The position numbers and the translations under genes are program-made. Under the pieces are notes generated by a model. It searched no databases. It saw nothing but the letters and a program-made list of their open reading frames with translations, and had not been told where the DNA came from. From a virus, in the IMG/VR virus record IMGVR_UViG_3300027740_000183, positions 7,260 through 71,259 of that record: a stretch of 64,000 nt of DNA; one strand, given 5' to 3'. The first letter of the stretch is position 1, and each line of letters begins with the position of its first letter. Below are positions 19,744-29,309 of this stretch, one piece after another.

Positions 19744-22019
19744 TTAAATTAAATTCTGGTAGACTAAAGATCGCATCGTTGCGCAAAGCTTCTAATACAA
19801 AGTTAGCTGGTATGCCAGGCATGTCCGGATTTGGGGGATCTGGAGGCTATGGAAGCTCTGGGGCAGGGTCTACAGGAAGTTCCGGATCAGGTTTTGGTAA
19901 TAATGGAGGTAAGTATAACCAAAATAGATTCAATCCTGTATATGACGACCTTTCAGAAGGTACAATTATTGAGCAATTTATGCCTGTTGATCCCAGGCGT
20001 CTTCATAGGATTTGGCGTCGAATTTATTTACAAGATCCCGTAGCCGGTCCTGCTGTTGATCTCTATAGAGATATTCCTTGGTCTGACTTTCAACTCACTA
20101 ATATTAATGATAAAGAAATAGAACATTTTTATACCGATGCATTAAATGCTATAAATTGTGTAGCATTACTGCCTCAGATAGCTGGTGAGCACTTAATAAT
20201 GGGCAAGGTCATCGGGGCTCTTCACATGGATGATAGTAAAGGGTACCCTACTCGTGTAATCATACATGATCCTGATTGGATTAGAGTTACAACTATCCCT
20301 ATTCCTGGATTTCAACCAAAACTTGATATTATACCTACACCCGAGATGAGGGCTTGGGCTAGTTCTAAAGACGAAAGAGATGTGAATGCACAACAACAAG
20401 TGCAATGGCTAGCTGATATGATTAAGTCGGGTAAAGAGGTGCCTTTAGCAGAAGATAATTCTTTTTATATCACTAGAAAAACCAGTCCTTCCGATAACGT
20501 AGGTGCTTCTATATATACTCGTATTTTAATGTTTGTTGCGTATGAAAAAGCATTAGTTAATTCTACTATCGCAGCAACGAAGCGAAGAATGTCAGAGATT
20601 AGACATATCACTATGGGTATCGACGGAGAGTGGTCACCAATACAAGACGAAATGGATGCTATGACCTCTTTGTTCATGCAAGCCGATGAAGATCCCGTAG
20701 GCGCTATAGTGGCGACACGAACAGGTGTAACAATAGCTCCAGTTGGGGGAGGAACTCTGAAAGATATAGTAAAAATTAGTGATGAATGGGCTTTTTTAAG
20801 CGCGGGAAAGCTAAATTCATTAGGTATAGCGGAATCTTTAATTTCTGGTGAGGGAACTATAAGCACTACTGAACAAACGCTAAGTATATTTTTAGATCGT
20901 ATAAAGGCGCAACGTGATTTTTTCACTCATGAGCTTATTATTAATAAGTTTTTGAAGCCCTTGGCTGTAAAACATGGTTTTGTAAAAAGAACTACAGCGG
21001 AATTAAATCATAAAATAAGAGTAGCGAAGCACCATACTAACGAAGATTATGTACTTCCAACTGTTGTATATTCGAAGAATTTAAGACCTGTTGCCGATAA
21101 AGATTACTTGGAAATACTTGGTATAATGGAAGAAAAGGGAATTCCAGTAACAGTGAAAACATGGGCGGCATCTGCTGGTTTCGATCTCGATAATGAGGTG
21201 GAGCAGTTCGAGGACGATTTAGAACGTAGGAAGCAGATGGCTGCACATAAGAAAAAGATTAGCGAAGTGGCACCAGAAGCGGCAGGACAACCCGGCTCTC
21301 CCGGAGGTATGGGTGGGTTAGGAGGAGGAGGAGGATTAGGAGAAATGGGAGGAGGCTTAGGGGGCGGAATGGGCGATCTCGGTGAGCTTCCTATGGGAGG
21401 CGCAGAAGGTGGAGAAGAACCTTTTGAGCTACCTACAGCAGCAAGTGTGCGCAAAGCTAGCGTGGATGCTAATGCTAATTTGTCCATGGGTCCACACTGG
21501 AGATCTGGTAATACCAGCTGCATAAGTAAGGAACAAGAAGATGTAGTCATAGATAATGATGTGGGCGAAAAAGTGGATGCTTTGCCTTATTGGGAGAAAG
21601 GATCTTCTTTTCTTGGGGTAGAAAAAGAAAGTATAAAGAAGTATGCTAGTTCTGTATTAAATAAGATTGGAAAAGATGGCAGCAAAGTGTTGTCCGATAA
21701 AGACTTGGATTGTATAAAAACGGGACATAATGGCAGAGATCAAGTAGTTAAGTATATGCTTGGTAGGTTGGGGATACTGCATGGATTTTCGTTAAGCAAA
21801 GATGTAGTTGATGACTTAGTTGACGAGTTATGTAAATTAGATAATAAAAGAGCTATTGCTGCAGAGCTACAGTATGTGTACGGATTTAGTATTAGTTCAC
21901 CAGTCAAAAGTAATGAAAATAGGGTTAAGTTGAGCAAAGTAATACCTAAAGTGGGAGTTATTGATAACGCACTACTAACCGGTTATACAGATACTACTAA
22001 GTCATCTACCCACCTCTAA
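19740..22019 (+). CDS. Probable portal protein with Gly-rich low-complexity segments
   Basis: Size and portal-like patterns (Y.QDPVAGPAVDL; GASIYTRIL; R...I.MG; E..I...FL); last codons come from an IS end. Confidence 0.6.
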   Translation: MIKLNSGRLKIASLRKASNTKLAGMPGMSGFGGSGGYGSSGAGSTGSSGSGFGNNGGKYNQNRFNPVYDDLSEGTIIEQFMPVDPRRLHRIWRRIYLQDPVAGPAVDLYRDIPWSDFQLTNINDKEIEHFYTDALNAINCVALLPQIAGEHLIMGKVIGALHMDDSKGYPTRVIIHDPDWIRVTTIPIPGFQPKLDIIPTPEMRAWASSKDERDVNAQQQVQWLADMIKSGKEVPLAEDNSFYITRKTSPSDNVGASIYTRILMFVAYEKALVNSTIAATKRRMSEIRHITMGIDGEWSPIQDEMDAMTSLFMQADEDPVGAIVATRTGVTIAPVGGGTLKDIVKISDEWAFLSAGKLNSLGIAESLISGEGTISTTEQTLSIFLDRIKAQRDFFTHELIINKFLKPLAVKHGFVKRTTAELNHKIRVAKHHTNEDYVLPTVVYSKNLRPVADKDYLEILGIMEEKGIPVTVKTWAASAGFDLDNEVEQFEDDLERRKQMAAHKKKISEVAPEAAGQPGSPGGMGGLGGGGGLGEMGGGLGGGMGDLGELPMGGAEGGEEPFELPTAASVRKASVDANANLSMGPHWRSGNTSCISKEQEDVVIDNDVGEKVDALPYWEKGSSFLGVEKESIKKYASSVLNKIGKDGSKVLSDKDLDCIKTGHNGRDQVVKYMLGRLGILHGFSLSKDVVDDLVDELCKLDNKRAIAAELQYVYGFSISSPVKSNENRVKLSKVIPKVGVIDNALLTGYTDTTKSSTHL

Positions 22020-22250
22020 AGAGGTGGGCTTGTAAGCGAACGGATTGTTAACAACCTCGAAGTGGATTTACCTGTTCGTGAGAACAGACGGGGCTTGCGA
22101 GTCCCAGTTATTAATATGAGGGGTAAACCATTGATGCCTTGTCGTAAGGGAGTTGCTAGGAAGTTATTGAAAGAAGGTAGAGCGGTAGTAATTAGTCTGT
22201 ACCCGTTCATTATTAAGTTAAGGGTAGCTACGGGTATTCTCGCTACGGAG
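22001..22250 (+). mobile_element. Internally deleted IscB (IS200/IS605) element retaining both ends and PLMP domain
   Basis: Left end GTCATCTACCCACCTCTAAAGAGGTGGGCTTG; ORF 22062-22253 contains VINMRGKPLMPCRKGVARKLLKEGRA; right tail TTCTCGCTACGGAG. Confidence 0.85.
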
Positions 22251-22255
22251 TGATA

Positions 22256-22522
22256 ATGCAGTACACATTCGATCAATTACAGAACATAGTTCTTAATTCC
22301 AATAATGCGCAACTTATTTACAACTTTGCGCGTTTGGTACAAAAATCGAATAAGAAAAAGTTGGAGCAGGCTGTGATTAGCACAAATCCTTTAGACCCTA
22401 TGTATATCTATAGTTTTTTTAGATTTATTAGAGGTGCGGATAAAAAGTTGGGGTTAGAAGTTATTAAAAAAACTAAAAATACATTTTTTATCACAATGTA
22501 TAAGAAAGACATTATGCAATAA
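22256..22522 (+). CDS. Hypothetical protein
   Basis: ORF directly after the IS remnant. Confidence 0.5.
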   Translation: MQYTFDQLQNIVLNSNNAQLIYNFARLVQKSNKKKLEQAVISTNPLDPMYIYSFFRFIRGADKKLGLEVIKKTKNTFFITMYKKDIMQ

Positions 22523-22525
22523 AAC

Positions 22526-22559
22526 GTTATTTAATACTATAATTAGTATTTAATACTAT
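22526..22559 (+). promoter_or_regulatory. Duplicated candidate late promoter motif
   Basis: GTTATTTAATACTAT AATTA GTATTTAATACTAT. Confidence 0.6.
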
Positions 22560-22578
22560 GAAAAGGAGAGAGTATACC

Positions 22579-22827
22579 ATGAATAGAGAAATAGCAAAAC
22601 GATTAGTGAAAATTAGTGAAAATTTGGAACAAATCAATATGACTAAGCGTAATATTAATGCTTATATAAGATTTTCAAGTAGTATTTTGAAAGAAACTTT
22701 TGACGAATTGTTAAAATTTAAAAAAGCTGTAAAAGCAAAAAAGTCTTTGGAGTCTTTAAACAGCCTAAATGAAGACATATATTATATGCTTGCTAAAGCA
22801 TGTGCTAAATTAAAAAATATTGCATAA
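22579..22827 (+). CDS. Hypothetical protein with RLVKI motif
   Basis: RBS AAGGAG before ATG 22579; MNREIAKRLVKISE. Confidence 0.6.
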   Translation: MNREIAKRLVKISENLEQINMTKRNINAYIRFSSSILKETFDELLKFKKAVKAKKSLESLNSLNEDIYYMLAKACAKLKNIA

Positions 22828-22864
22828 TAATTACTGAAAAAAGTTTAATTACGAAATAAAAGTA

Positions 22865-23164
22865 GTGCGTAACATTATACAAAGAATTAGAAACTTGGCG
22901 AAATTGGGGTATAGCACCCAACCAGGTGTGGGGCACCCAAATCCTAGTGGTCAAATTAGTATAAGGGAATCTCCTAATAAAATAAATGAAGAAGATGCAG
23001 ATAAGTTGTGGTGGAACACTTTTGAACTAGAAGTAGGTCCGCCTATTGGAACCAATAAGCCCAACAAGGAGTATAGAGGTCCCCATAATAATAGGGAGTG
23101 GAGGCGTGCTCCTCACGTAACTATAAAAAATTATATACAAAAATCAAAACTTAGAGGAATTTAA
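22865..23164 (+). CDS. Hypothetical protein
   Basis: MRNIIQRIRNLA motif variant. Confidence 0.5.
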   Translation: MRNIIQRIRNLAKLGYSTQPGVGHPNPSGQISIRESPNKINEEDADKLWWNTFELEVGPPIGTNKPNKEYRGPHNNREWRRAPHVTIKNYIQKSKLRGI

Positions 23165-23167
23165 TGT

Positions 23168-23473
23168 ATGAATATATCAAAAAGATTACTAAAAATTGCT
23201 AATTCTTTAAGTGTTGTTCAGGATATTGACGCTGTAGTTTCTTCTGTTTACACTAGTATTTTTTCTATGTTAGAACAAGCAGAAACTAAACATGATTATA
23301 GAGATATTATTAGTTATGCTACAGAACAAGTAGAGGATGAATTGATGGATATGGGATACACAGGATTAGAGGTTTCCTATGTAGCTGGTAAAAAAATTAA
23401 ATCATTGATAGCCAAGCAGTATAAAGAAAAATTTGGTAAATTATTGTTTGAAAATAAGTTTTTAGGAGCATAA
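23168..23473 (+). CDS. Hypothetical protein with RLLKIA motif
   Basis: MNISKRLLKIAN. Confidence 0.6.
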   Translation: MNISKRLLKIANSLSVVQDIDAVVSSVYTSIFSMLEQAETKHDYRDIISYATEQVEDELMDMGYTGLEVSYVAGKKIKSLIAKQYKEKFGKLLFENKFLGA

Positions 23474-23474
23474 C

Positions 23475-23936
23475 ATGGCAACATTTGAATCGTTGTGTGT
23501 GGTAACTAATGAAGGCAAGGCAAGAATTGCGCAATTATTAGCTACTGGTAAAAGTTTTAAAGTAGATGCCTTCGTTATTGGGGATAAGGGTCATGATCCC
23601 GTTAATCCTATGTTTGCTATTACACCTGATCCAACACGAACTGGTTGTTATTGCACTTCAGAGGGAATAGAAATAAGCGATGGATGTATATTTGTAGGTG
23701 TGGTACCACCCCCTGCTTTTGCTTCCGCTACATGCCCTGTATTTACGGTAATGTTAGAGAAGGGAGAAGCTACAGGTGTTGTGAGTTCTATTTGTTTGCT
23801 CGGCACTATTGTTTATAGCCCCATCCCTTTGGACCCAGAGGTAGGTACTTCATTTTTGTTTGCAGTAGCTAATTTTCCCATGCGTGTAAAATTGCCTCAA
23901 GAGCGCTATGTATATGATCTTACAATACAATTTTAG
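23475..23936 (+). CDS. Tail-collar/fibre attachment-like protein (paralogue of 15975)
   Basis: VTNEGKARIA...G.SFKVD.F.IG..G; SP.P.EVG..FL. Confidence 0.55.
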   Translation: MATFESLCVVTNEGKARIAQLLATGKSFKVDAFVIGDKGHDPVNPMFAITPDPTRTGCYCTSEGIEISDGCIFVGVVPPPAFASATCPVFTVMLEKGEATGVVSSICLLGTIVYSPIPLDPEVGTSFLFAVANFPMRVKLPQERYVYDLTIQF

Positions 23937-23945
23937 GAGAAATAG

Positions 23946-24272
23946 ATGAATACTTATATTAAAAACCGATTATTGAAAGTGGCAGAAATGCTTGCTGAAG
24001 CAGAAATGTCAGTACCTAATTTAGACGCTATGTCTCCATCAGAACTGATGAAATTTTGGAATAAATGGCATCGAGCTACTAAGCAACAAGCTGCACAATT
24101 GGTAGGGGTTCGAAAAAACGTTGCTGGCATTGTACACACTTTAGCTGCTTATGCCGCCGCGAAAGCGGCTGCTATGGATTTGCGAATAGAGGGGGAGATA
24201 GAAAGAGCACTTGTTTATGAAAAACACTGTGATATTTATTATGAAAGTCTTCCTGAAGACGTTCGTTGGTAA
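23946..24272 (+). CDS. Hypothetical protein with RLLKVA motif
   Basis: MNTYIKNRLLKVAE. Confidence 0.6.
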   Translation: MNTYIKNRLLKVAEMLAEAEMSVPNLDAMSPSELMKFWNKWHRATKQQAAQLVGVRKNVAGIVHTLAAYAAAKAAAMDLRIEGEIERALVYEKHCDIYYESLPEDVRW

Positions 24273-24290
24273 AAATAAGGAGAACTTAAC

Positions 24291-25178
24291 ATGCTTACAG
24301 TTGGCAAACATAACGATACGAAAGATTCAGAATTTGATCCCAAAGAGTTAAAAATGGGTATTGAAGTAGAGAAAGAACACACAGATGACCCAGAAGTAAC
24401 TAAGGCGATAGCAAAGGATCATTTGGTGGAAATTTCTGATTACTACTCTAGACTCAAAGTAATGGAAGAAGAGGGTAAAAAGGCACAAAAAGGTGCTAAA
24501 AAAGAATCCGCAACTAAGTTAGCGTTTGGTTCCTTAGTAGAAAATGCGGATACCTTAGTAGACTATTTAGATGATGCTAATGCTAGGGGGTTTATGGCAC
24601 GAGTACCAGGATCTAAGTTTTACAAAGCACCCCTAAAAAGTCCTGTTTTGAATAGGGTAGATTATCCACCTTCTTCTGATGAGGTACAAGATGTACTTAA
24701 CGATCTTAAACTCAAGTTAAGAGTGTTGAAACATAAGAAAAATAAACATGAGGGAAGCAAGAAACCAGATAAAAGTGATACGGCAAGGTGGCATCAACAT
24801 AAAATTATGGTGGATTTGGTTCGAAACCCCAATAAGCGCTTTTTGTTCAGTGATCCTAAAATGAACGACAAAGAGGCGGAAAAAATACTTAAAGAGAACT
24901 ATAATTACACTGATGCTGAAATTTCCAAGTTAAGACAAGGTTCTGTAGCAGATAGGATAAAAAAGGTAGCGGAATCTATAAGTAAAAAAGCTAAAGTTAA
25001 GATCTCTCAAGAATTAAAATACGACATGAATAAGTTGCATGAACGTATTGCTAAATGTTTAGGTTGGACGATAGAGGAAACCAAATCTTTATCGCTACAA
25101 ACGCTTAGAGATCTTGTACGCCCTTTGGATGTTAAACTTACTCATGAAATTACAGATGCTATCGAAAACGGATATTGA
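24291..25178 (+). CDS. DUF5661-like domain protein
   Basis: ELKMGIEVEKEHTDD....KAIAKDHL.E..DYYSRL. Confidence 0.7.
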   Translation: MLTVGKHNDTKDSEFDPKELKMGIEVEKEHTDDPEVTKAIAKDHLVEISDYYSRLKVMEEEGKKAQKGAKKESATKLAFGSLVENADTLVDYLDDANARGFMARVPGSKFYKAPLKSPVLNRVDYPPSSDEVQDVLNDLKLKLRVLKHKKNKHEGSKKPDKSDTARWHQHKIMVDLVRNPNKRFLFSDPKMNDKEAEKILKENYNYTDAEISKLRQGSVADRIKKVAESISKKAKVKISQELKYDMNKLHERIAKCLGWTIEETKSLSLQTLRDLVRPLDVKLTHEITDAIENGY

Positions 25179-25192
25179 GAGGAGTGAAAATT

Positions 25193-25729
25193 ATGAAAAA
25201 AATAGCTAAAAATTTAGTAATACCATTTGGTAAGTTGACTGACCTGATGAAAGACCCAAAAGCAGACCGCATGGTTTATAGATCTGTTAAATCTGGCGAT
25301 TCTATGAATTTTGATCTTGAAATTCACACATTCTCCTCTCGGGATGTGCTGAAAGCATTTTTAAAAAAGGAATATAAAAATTGGGGTGCGTTGGGGTCAA
25401 ATAATTGGAAAGCTTTGGTCATGGATCCTGTATCCCCGAATATGTTAGTATACCGTTCGTATCAAAAAGAAGCCAAAACAGCATCTTTGAAAAAAAGATT
25501 ACACAAAGTTGCTGCTACCCTAAAAGAAATGATTGATGCAGACAATGCAAAAAGGGAACAGGGGGAATGGATTCCAGCCAACAATAGAACTGAGACACCT
25601 TTTTTAACACGATCGGGAAAAAGGTTGCTGTATTGCTACCAACCATCAACGGGGCGTCATGCTTATTTAGATATGGGTACGGACCTAATTCTTTCTGACG
25701 AAGAGGCACAATTAGCACTAGGTAAATAA
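25193..25729 (+). CDS. Hypothetical protein
   Basis: RBS GAGGAG; internal KTASLKKRLHKVA motif. Confidence 0.55.
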   Translation: MKKIAKNLVIPFGKLTDLMKDPKADRMVYRSVKSGDSMNFDLEIHTFSSRDVLKAFLKKEYKNWGALGSNNWKALVMDPVSPNMLVYRSYQKEAKTASLKKRLHKVAATLKEMIDADNAKREQGEWIPANNRTETPFLTRSGKRLLYCYQPSTGRHAYLDMGTDLILSDEEAQLALGK

Positions 25730-25947
25730 TGGGTAAAAAATTAATACATATTGCTGATAAGATCCAAAAGTTGGTAGAAGGCTTTGCTACTACAGAAGAT
25801 CGTTATCGATTAAGAGATGTAGAAAAAAATAGTGAACAATTCAATATTTATGTTTGTCCTAGTTGTGGTACCAAAAATTTAGTTTGGGGACAAGGTGTAC
25901 CGATAAGTTATAGAAAATGTGGGGAGGATCTAGAAGAGGAAATTTAA
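25729..25947 (+). CDS. Small Zn-ribbon protein
   Basis: CPSC...KCG; motif-like start MGKKLIHIA. Confidence 0.55.
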   Translation: MGKKLIHIADKIQKLVEGFATTEDRYRLRDVEKNSEQFNIYVCPSCGTKNLVWGQGVPISYRKCGEDLEEEI

Positions 25948-25951
25948 ATAG

Positions 25952-26332
25952 ATGAAAATGTATAAGATGTTGCCAATTTTAGTATTAATGGTGATAGGTT
26001 ATTTATCTAGTGAGGTATTGGCGCAACAAAAATCTTATACAAATCAAATATTTACGTTTATTTCAGTAACACTTGATGGACCAAAAACATGCCCTGCCTA
26101 TACAGTCCTTTATTTTAATAGTTTAAAAGGATTTATAAAACAAAGCAAGAAAGGGGATAATGTAATAGAAGAAAGTTTTGTGGTAGCCCCAGGAAAACGC
26201 TATATAAATTGTGCTGGCTGGTACACGTGTAAAACGGCAGTATATACAGTGTCTACAACGAATAAAGAGGGCGAGAAAACAAGTTGTAGATATTTTGGGT
26301 TAATTAATGAATCAATGAATGTTAATTTATGA
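25952..26332 (+). CDS. Secreted or membrane-anchored hypothetical protein
   Basis: Signal peptide-like N-terminus ending ..EVLA. Confidence 0.55.
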   Translation: MKMYKMLPILVLMVIGYLSSEVLAQQKSYTNQIFTFISVTLDGPKTCPAYTVLYFNSLKGFIKQSKKGDNVIEESFVVAPGKRYINCAGWYTCKTAVYTVSTTNKEGEKTSCRYFGLINESMNVNL

Positions 26333-26673
26333 GTGAGAAGATAGATAAAGTAGTAAAAGAGTTAAAGAGTATCGCTGGTGGTAAAAACATCAATGATTTT
26401 AACTCTGCTACTGTTAGAAATAAAGTAAAGAGTGAAATGGTACGAATTTTGTACTATATGGCGCAAAATTTCGAGGGCCCCCATCCTTGGGGCATCGCAT
26501 CCAGACTTATGCCGCCACGCTCTCTCCCATTACCCCTGAAAGATAAAAACGCGGGTAAACACACAAGAGAGGTGTTAGAAAAGCTCATAAATGATTCTAA
26601 ATGGGATAGTCGGATTAGACAACTGTTAAGGGAAGCTAAGGACAACTTGTCAAAAGTCCCTAAAAGTAAGTAG
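26329..26673 (+). CDS. Hypothetical protein
   Basis: ATGA overlap with previous gene. Confidence 0.55.
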   Translation: MSEKIDKVVKELKSIAGGKNINDFNSATVRNKVKSEMVRILYYMAQNFEGPHPWGIASRLMPPRSLPLPLKDKNAGKHTREVLEKLINDSKWDSRIRQLLREAKDNLSKVPKSK

Positions 26674-26681
26674 GAGAAAAG

Positions 26682-26936
26682 ATGAAAAATATAATTAAAA
26701 AATTAGTTAAAATAGCTGTATTTGATTCTGATCGTTATAAATTTAATGAAAGACTGGGCACTACTCATATATTAGTAGATGATATAAATATCATTTTTAA
26801 TGAAGAGTTAGCTAAAGCAAGTTTTGATAAGGAAACTCTTATGATTTGGCATAACGCGCTATCACAAGCTAATGAAAGGCTTAGAGTATTAAGAACTGCG
26901 ATGGAAAACTTTGAAAAGGCACATAATCAGGAGTAA
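26682..26936 (+). CDS. Hypothetical protein with KLVKIA motif
   Basis: RBS AGGAG; MKNIIKKLVKIA. Confidence 0.6.
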   Translation: MKNIIKKLVKIAVFDSDRYKFNERLGTTHILVDDINIIFNEELAKASFDKETLMIWHNALSQANERLRVLRTAMENFEKAHNQE

Positions 26937-26941
26937 TTACA

Positions 26942-29305
26942 ATGATCACGTTTACAACAAGCAGAGAAGCTAATGTTATGAATGTTGGCAAAGTACTTAA
27001 TAAGTACAATGGTTCTGACGTGGAATTAAGAATAGGGCAAAAGAGTAGCCCTATTACTTTTATTTCCTCCTCTGCTACTGGTAATAATACTAATGATTCT
27101 CTTACTATAGAGTTCATTTATAATGTAAAAAATGGTAAGGATCTTGAGCAACTTTATAAATATATAAGATCTCTAATTACTAGGGAGGTAGAGGTACGAA
27201 TAGGCACCACTCCTTTTTACGCCCTTCTTGACGATACTTATCGTGTACCTGATGGGGTATCTTTTGATGATTTACTTGAATCAAAGTTTTATCTAACTTT
27301 TAAAAATGTTAGGGCAGAAAAAGCATTGAAAGCAGCGGAAGTTAAGAAAGAGGAAAAAGAGGAGGCTAAGAAAGAATCAAAAACTACATGGCTTCAAGTT
27401 GCGATACCTTCCAATATTTGGGATTCTATTAAAGGCAAAATAAAAAAGCCTGTAAAAGATCCTCATATAACAGTTATTCATCTTAATAGGATATTAGAAG
27501 AAGAAGAGCTAGCTAAAGTAAAAGAGTGTATTACCTCTATTTGTAAAAATTTTGGACCCATTTTAGTAAAAACTAGTAAGGTTACTTGTTTTGGTGAAGG
27601 TAAAGATAAAATATGTGTTTTGTTGCTAAACTCTAGTAAACTACTCCAACTTAATGAATGCGTAGAAAAAGAAATTGATTTAATTTGTCCAGACCTAGTA
27701 AGTAAAGATTTTTCGTACAATCCTCATATCACATTATCGTACTCTAAACAAAAGGTACAGCCTTTTATACCCCAAACAGCTTGGGAAGTTGGTTGTATAG
27801 AAATGCTAGAATCGGAGGATAAGGGTATTGCTTGTTTTCCTCTCCAAAAGTTTCGAAATGATGATAAAGAAAAAGGTACTCTTTGTGAAGAAAGCAATGC
27901 TGCAATTCAACTACTAAAACTAAATAGTCCACCACAACTTATACAGGAACATACAGCTTCTTCTATTGGCTATTCCTTATCCTCTGACTTAGAGGTGCTG
28001 GGTTATAAAGAAGCCTCTAAAGTAGTTAAAGAAGTAGCCCGTTCCGTTTCTAATAACCCAATAGCTAAACTTAGAACTATTGCAGGTATTCTGTATGAAA
28101 GCGGGGATGTAGATAAAGCTAAGCGTTGCATTGCTGCTGTGGATAAGATAGAGATTCCTATCGATGATAAGATACGGGATGCCCTAATGCCTTATGTGGA
28201 ACCTGTAAAGCTGGATGCTGCCATAAATGCAGTAATAGAAGCATTAGGAGATGGGAATAGAAAAGAAGAAGTGGATGCACTAGGTCCATGGATGCCTGGT
28301 ACAGATTCTCATATTGTTACTCAAGTAAAATCACCACAGACACAAGATGTACCTCGTAAAGCGCCTATATTTTCTAAAAGTTTGGAATTTGCGAAAAGAA
28401 TAAGTAGAAAAATTGGCTCTGGTGACATAGTAGAAACAGCAGCTCGTACCTATCTTCTGGAAGAAGCTGCTTCTTTGGACCCAAAACCTGATGATGATGC
28501 TGTAGCATATTTAGAGAAGTTTATCATGCATACCCCCTCAGCAGAAGAACTAGCAAAGTTCAATGGGTATTACGCCAATCTTGCGAATCAAGAACGCAAA
28601 CGAATAAATGAGTTGTTATGGAAGAAAAGTGAGCGTTGGGTAAAAGAAGATGGTGATAGGGATCTTATGAAGAATAAGGTACCAGAGGTATTTGATACTA
28701 AAAAGACTTCATCGACGTTACGAAAAGAAAGGGTGGCAAGAATAGCGGAGATAGAGGCTCTTGTGGAGAAAGGGAAGTTAAAGGTATATTCTTCTAACGT
28801 GTTTGATTTTATTAAAGAAAAAGATAACCAATTGGTAAAAAAGACCAAAACTCCTTATAACACGCTTTCTAAAAATACTTCTATAGGTCCTTACAAAAGG
28901 ATGCGCCCTGGTTTGTTGCAAACAAGTGCTAATTTGTTACTGAATAACAAGTTGAGAACAAAATCTATCGAAGAAATACCCGAAGAGTTAACAAATGAAG
29001 ATCTTGGTATACTAACACGAATATATAATTTTGTTCCTTGTAAAGAAGATGTAGAGCTTTTTAAAAAATATTACAAAGAATATTATCAAGAGTTATGCAA
29101 TAAGCATATATCTTCACCAGAAGAAGGTACAAAAGCGGGTCTAAATCTTTATGAAACTGGAAGCAAAGAAGCTGCGTATAGATTCAATAGATTAGCTAGG
29201 GTTAAAGAAAGAGCATCTAATATCGAAAAAGAGAATGAATTACCTGCAAAAATTGGAATAGTTAATAAGTTAAAACGAGCAGCTAGAATGCTAGAGAGAT
29301 CGTAA
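26942..29305 (+). CDS. Large multidomain protein with internal 2H phosphoesterase domain
   Basis: Two HxT motifs, PHITV (about 27461) and PHITL (about 27722), about 87 aa apart. Confidence 0.75.
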   Translation: MITFTTSREANVMNVGKVLNKYNGSDVELRIGQKSSPITFISSSATGNNTNDSLTIEFIYNVKNGKDLEQLYKYIRSLITREVEVRIGTTPFYALLDDTYRVPDGVSFDDLLESKFYLTFKNVRAEKALKAAEVKKEEKEEAKKESKTTWLQVAIPSNIWDSIKGKIKKPVKDPHITVIHLNRILEEEELAKVKECITSICKNFGPILVKTSKVTCFGEGKDKICVLLLNSSKLLQLNECVEKEIDLICPDLVSKDFSYNPHITLSYSKQKVQPFIPQTAWEVGCIEMLESEDKGIACFPLQKFRNDDKEKGTLCEESNAAIQLLKLNSPPQLIQEHTASSIGYSLSSDLEVLGYKEASKVVKEVARSVSNNPIAKLRTIAGILYESGDVDKAKRCIAAVDKIEIPIDDKIRDALMPYVEPVKLDAAINAVIEALGDGNRKEEVDALGPWMPGTDSHIVTQVKSPQTQDVPRKAPIFSKSLEFAKRISRKIGSGDIVETAARTYLLEEAASLDPKPDDDAVAYLEKFIMHTPSAEELAKFNGYYANLANQERKRINELLWKKSERWVKEDGDRDLMKNKVPEVFDTKKTSSTLRKERVARIAEIEALVEKGKLKVYSSNVFDFIKEKDNQLVKKTKTPYNTLSKNTSIGPYKRMRPGLLQTSANLLLNNKLRTKSIEEIPEELTNEDLGILTRIYNFVPCKEDVELFKKYYKEYYQELCNKHISSPEEGTKAGLNLYETGSKEAAYRFNRLARVKERASNIEKENELPAKIGIVNKLKRAARMLERS

Positions 29306-29309
29306 AGTC

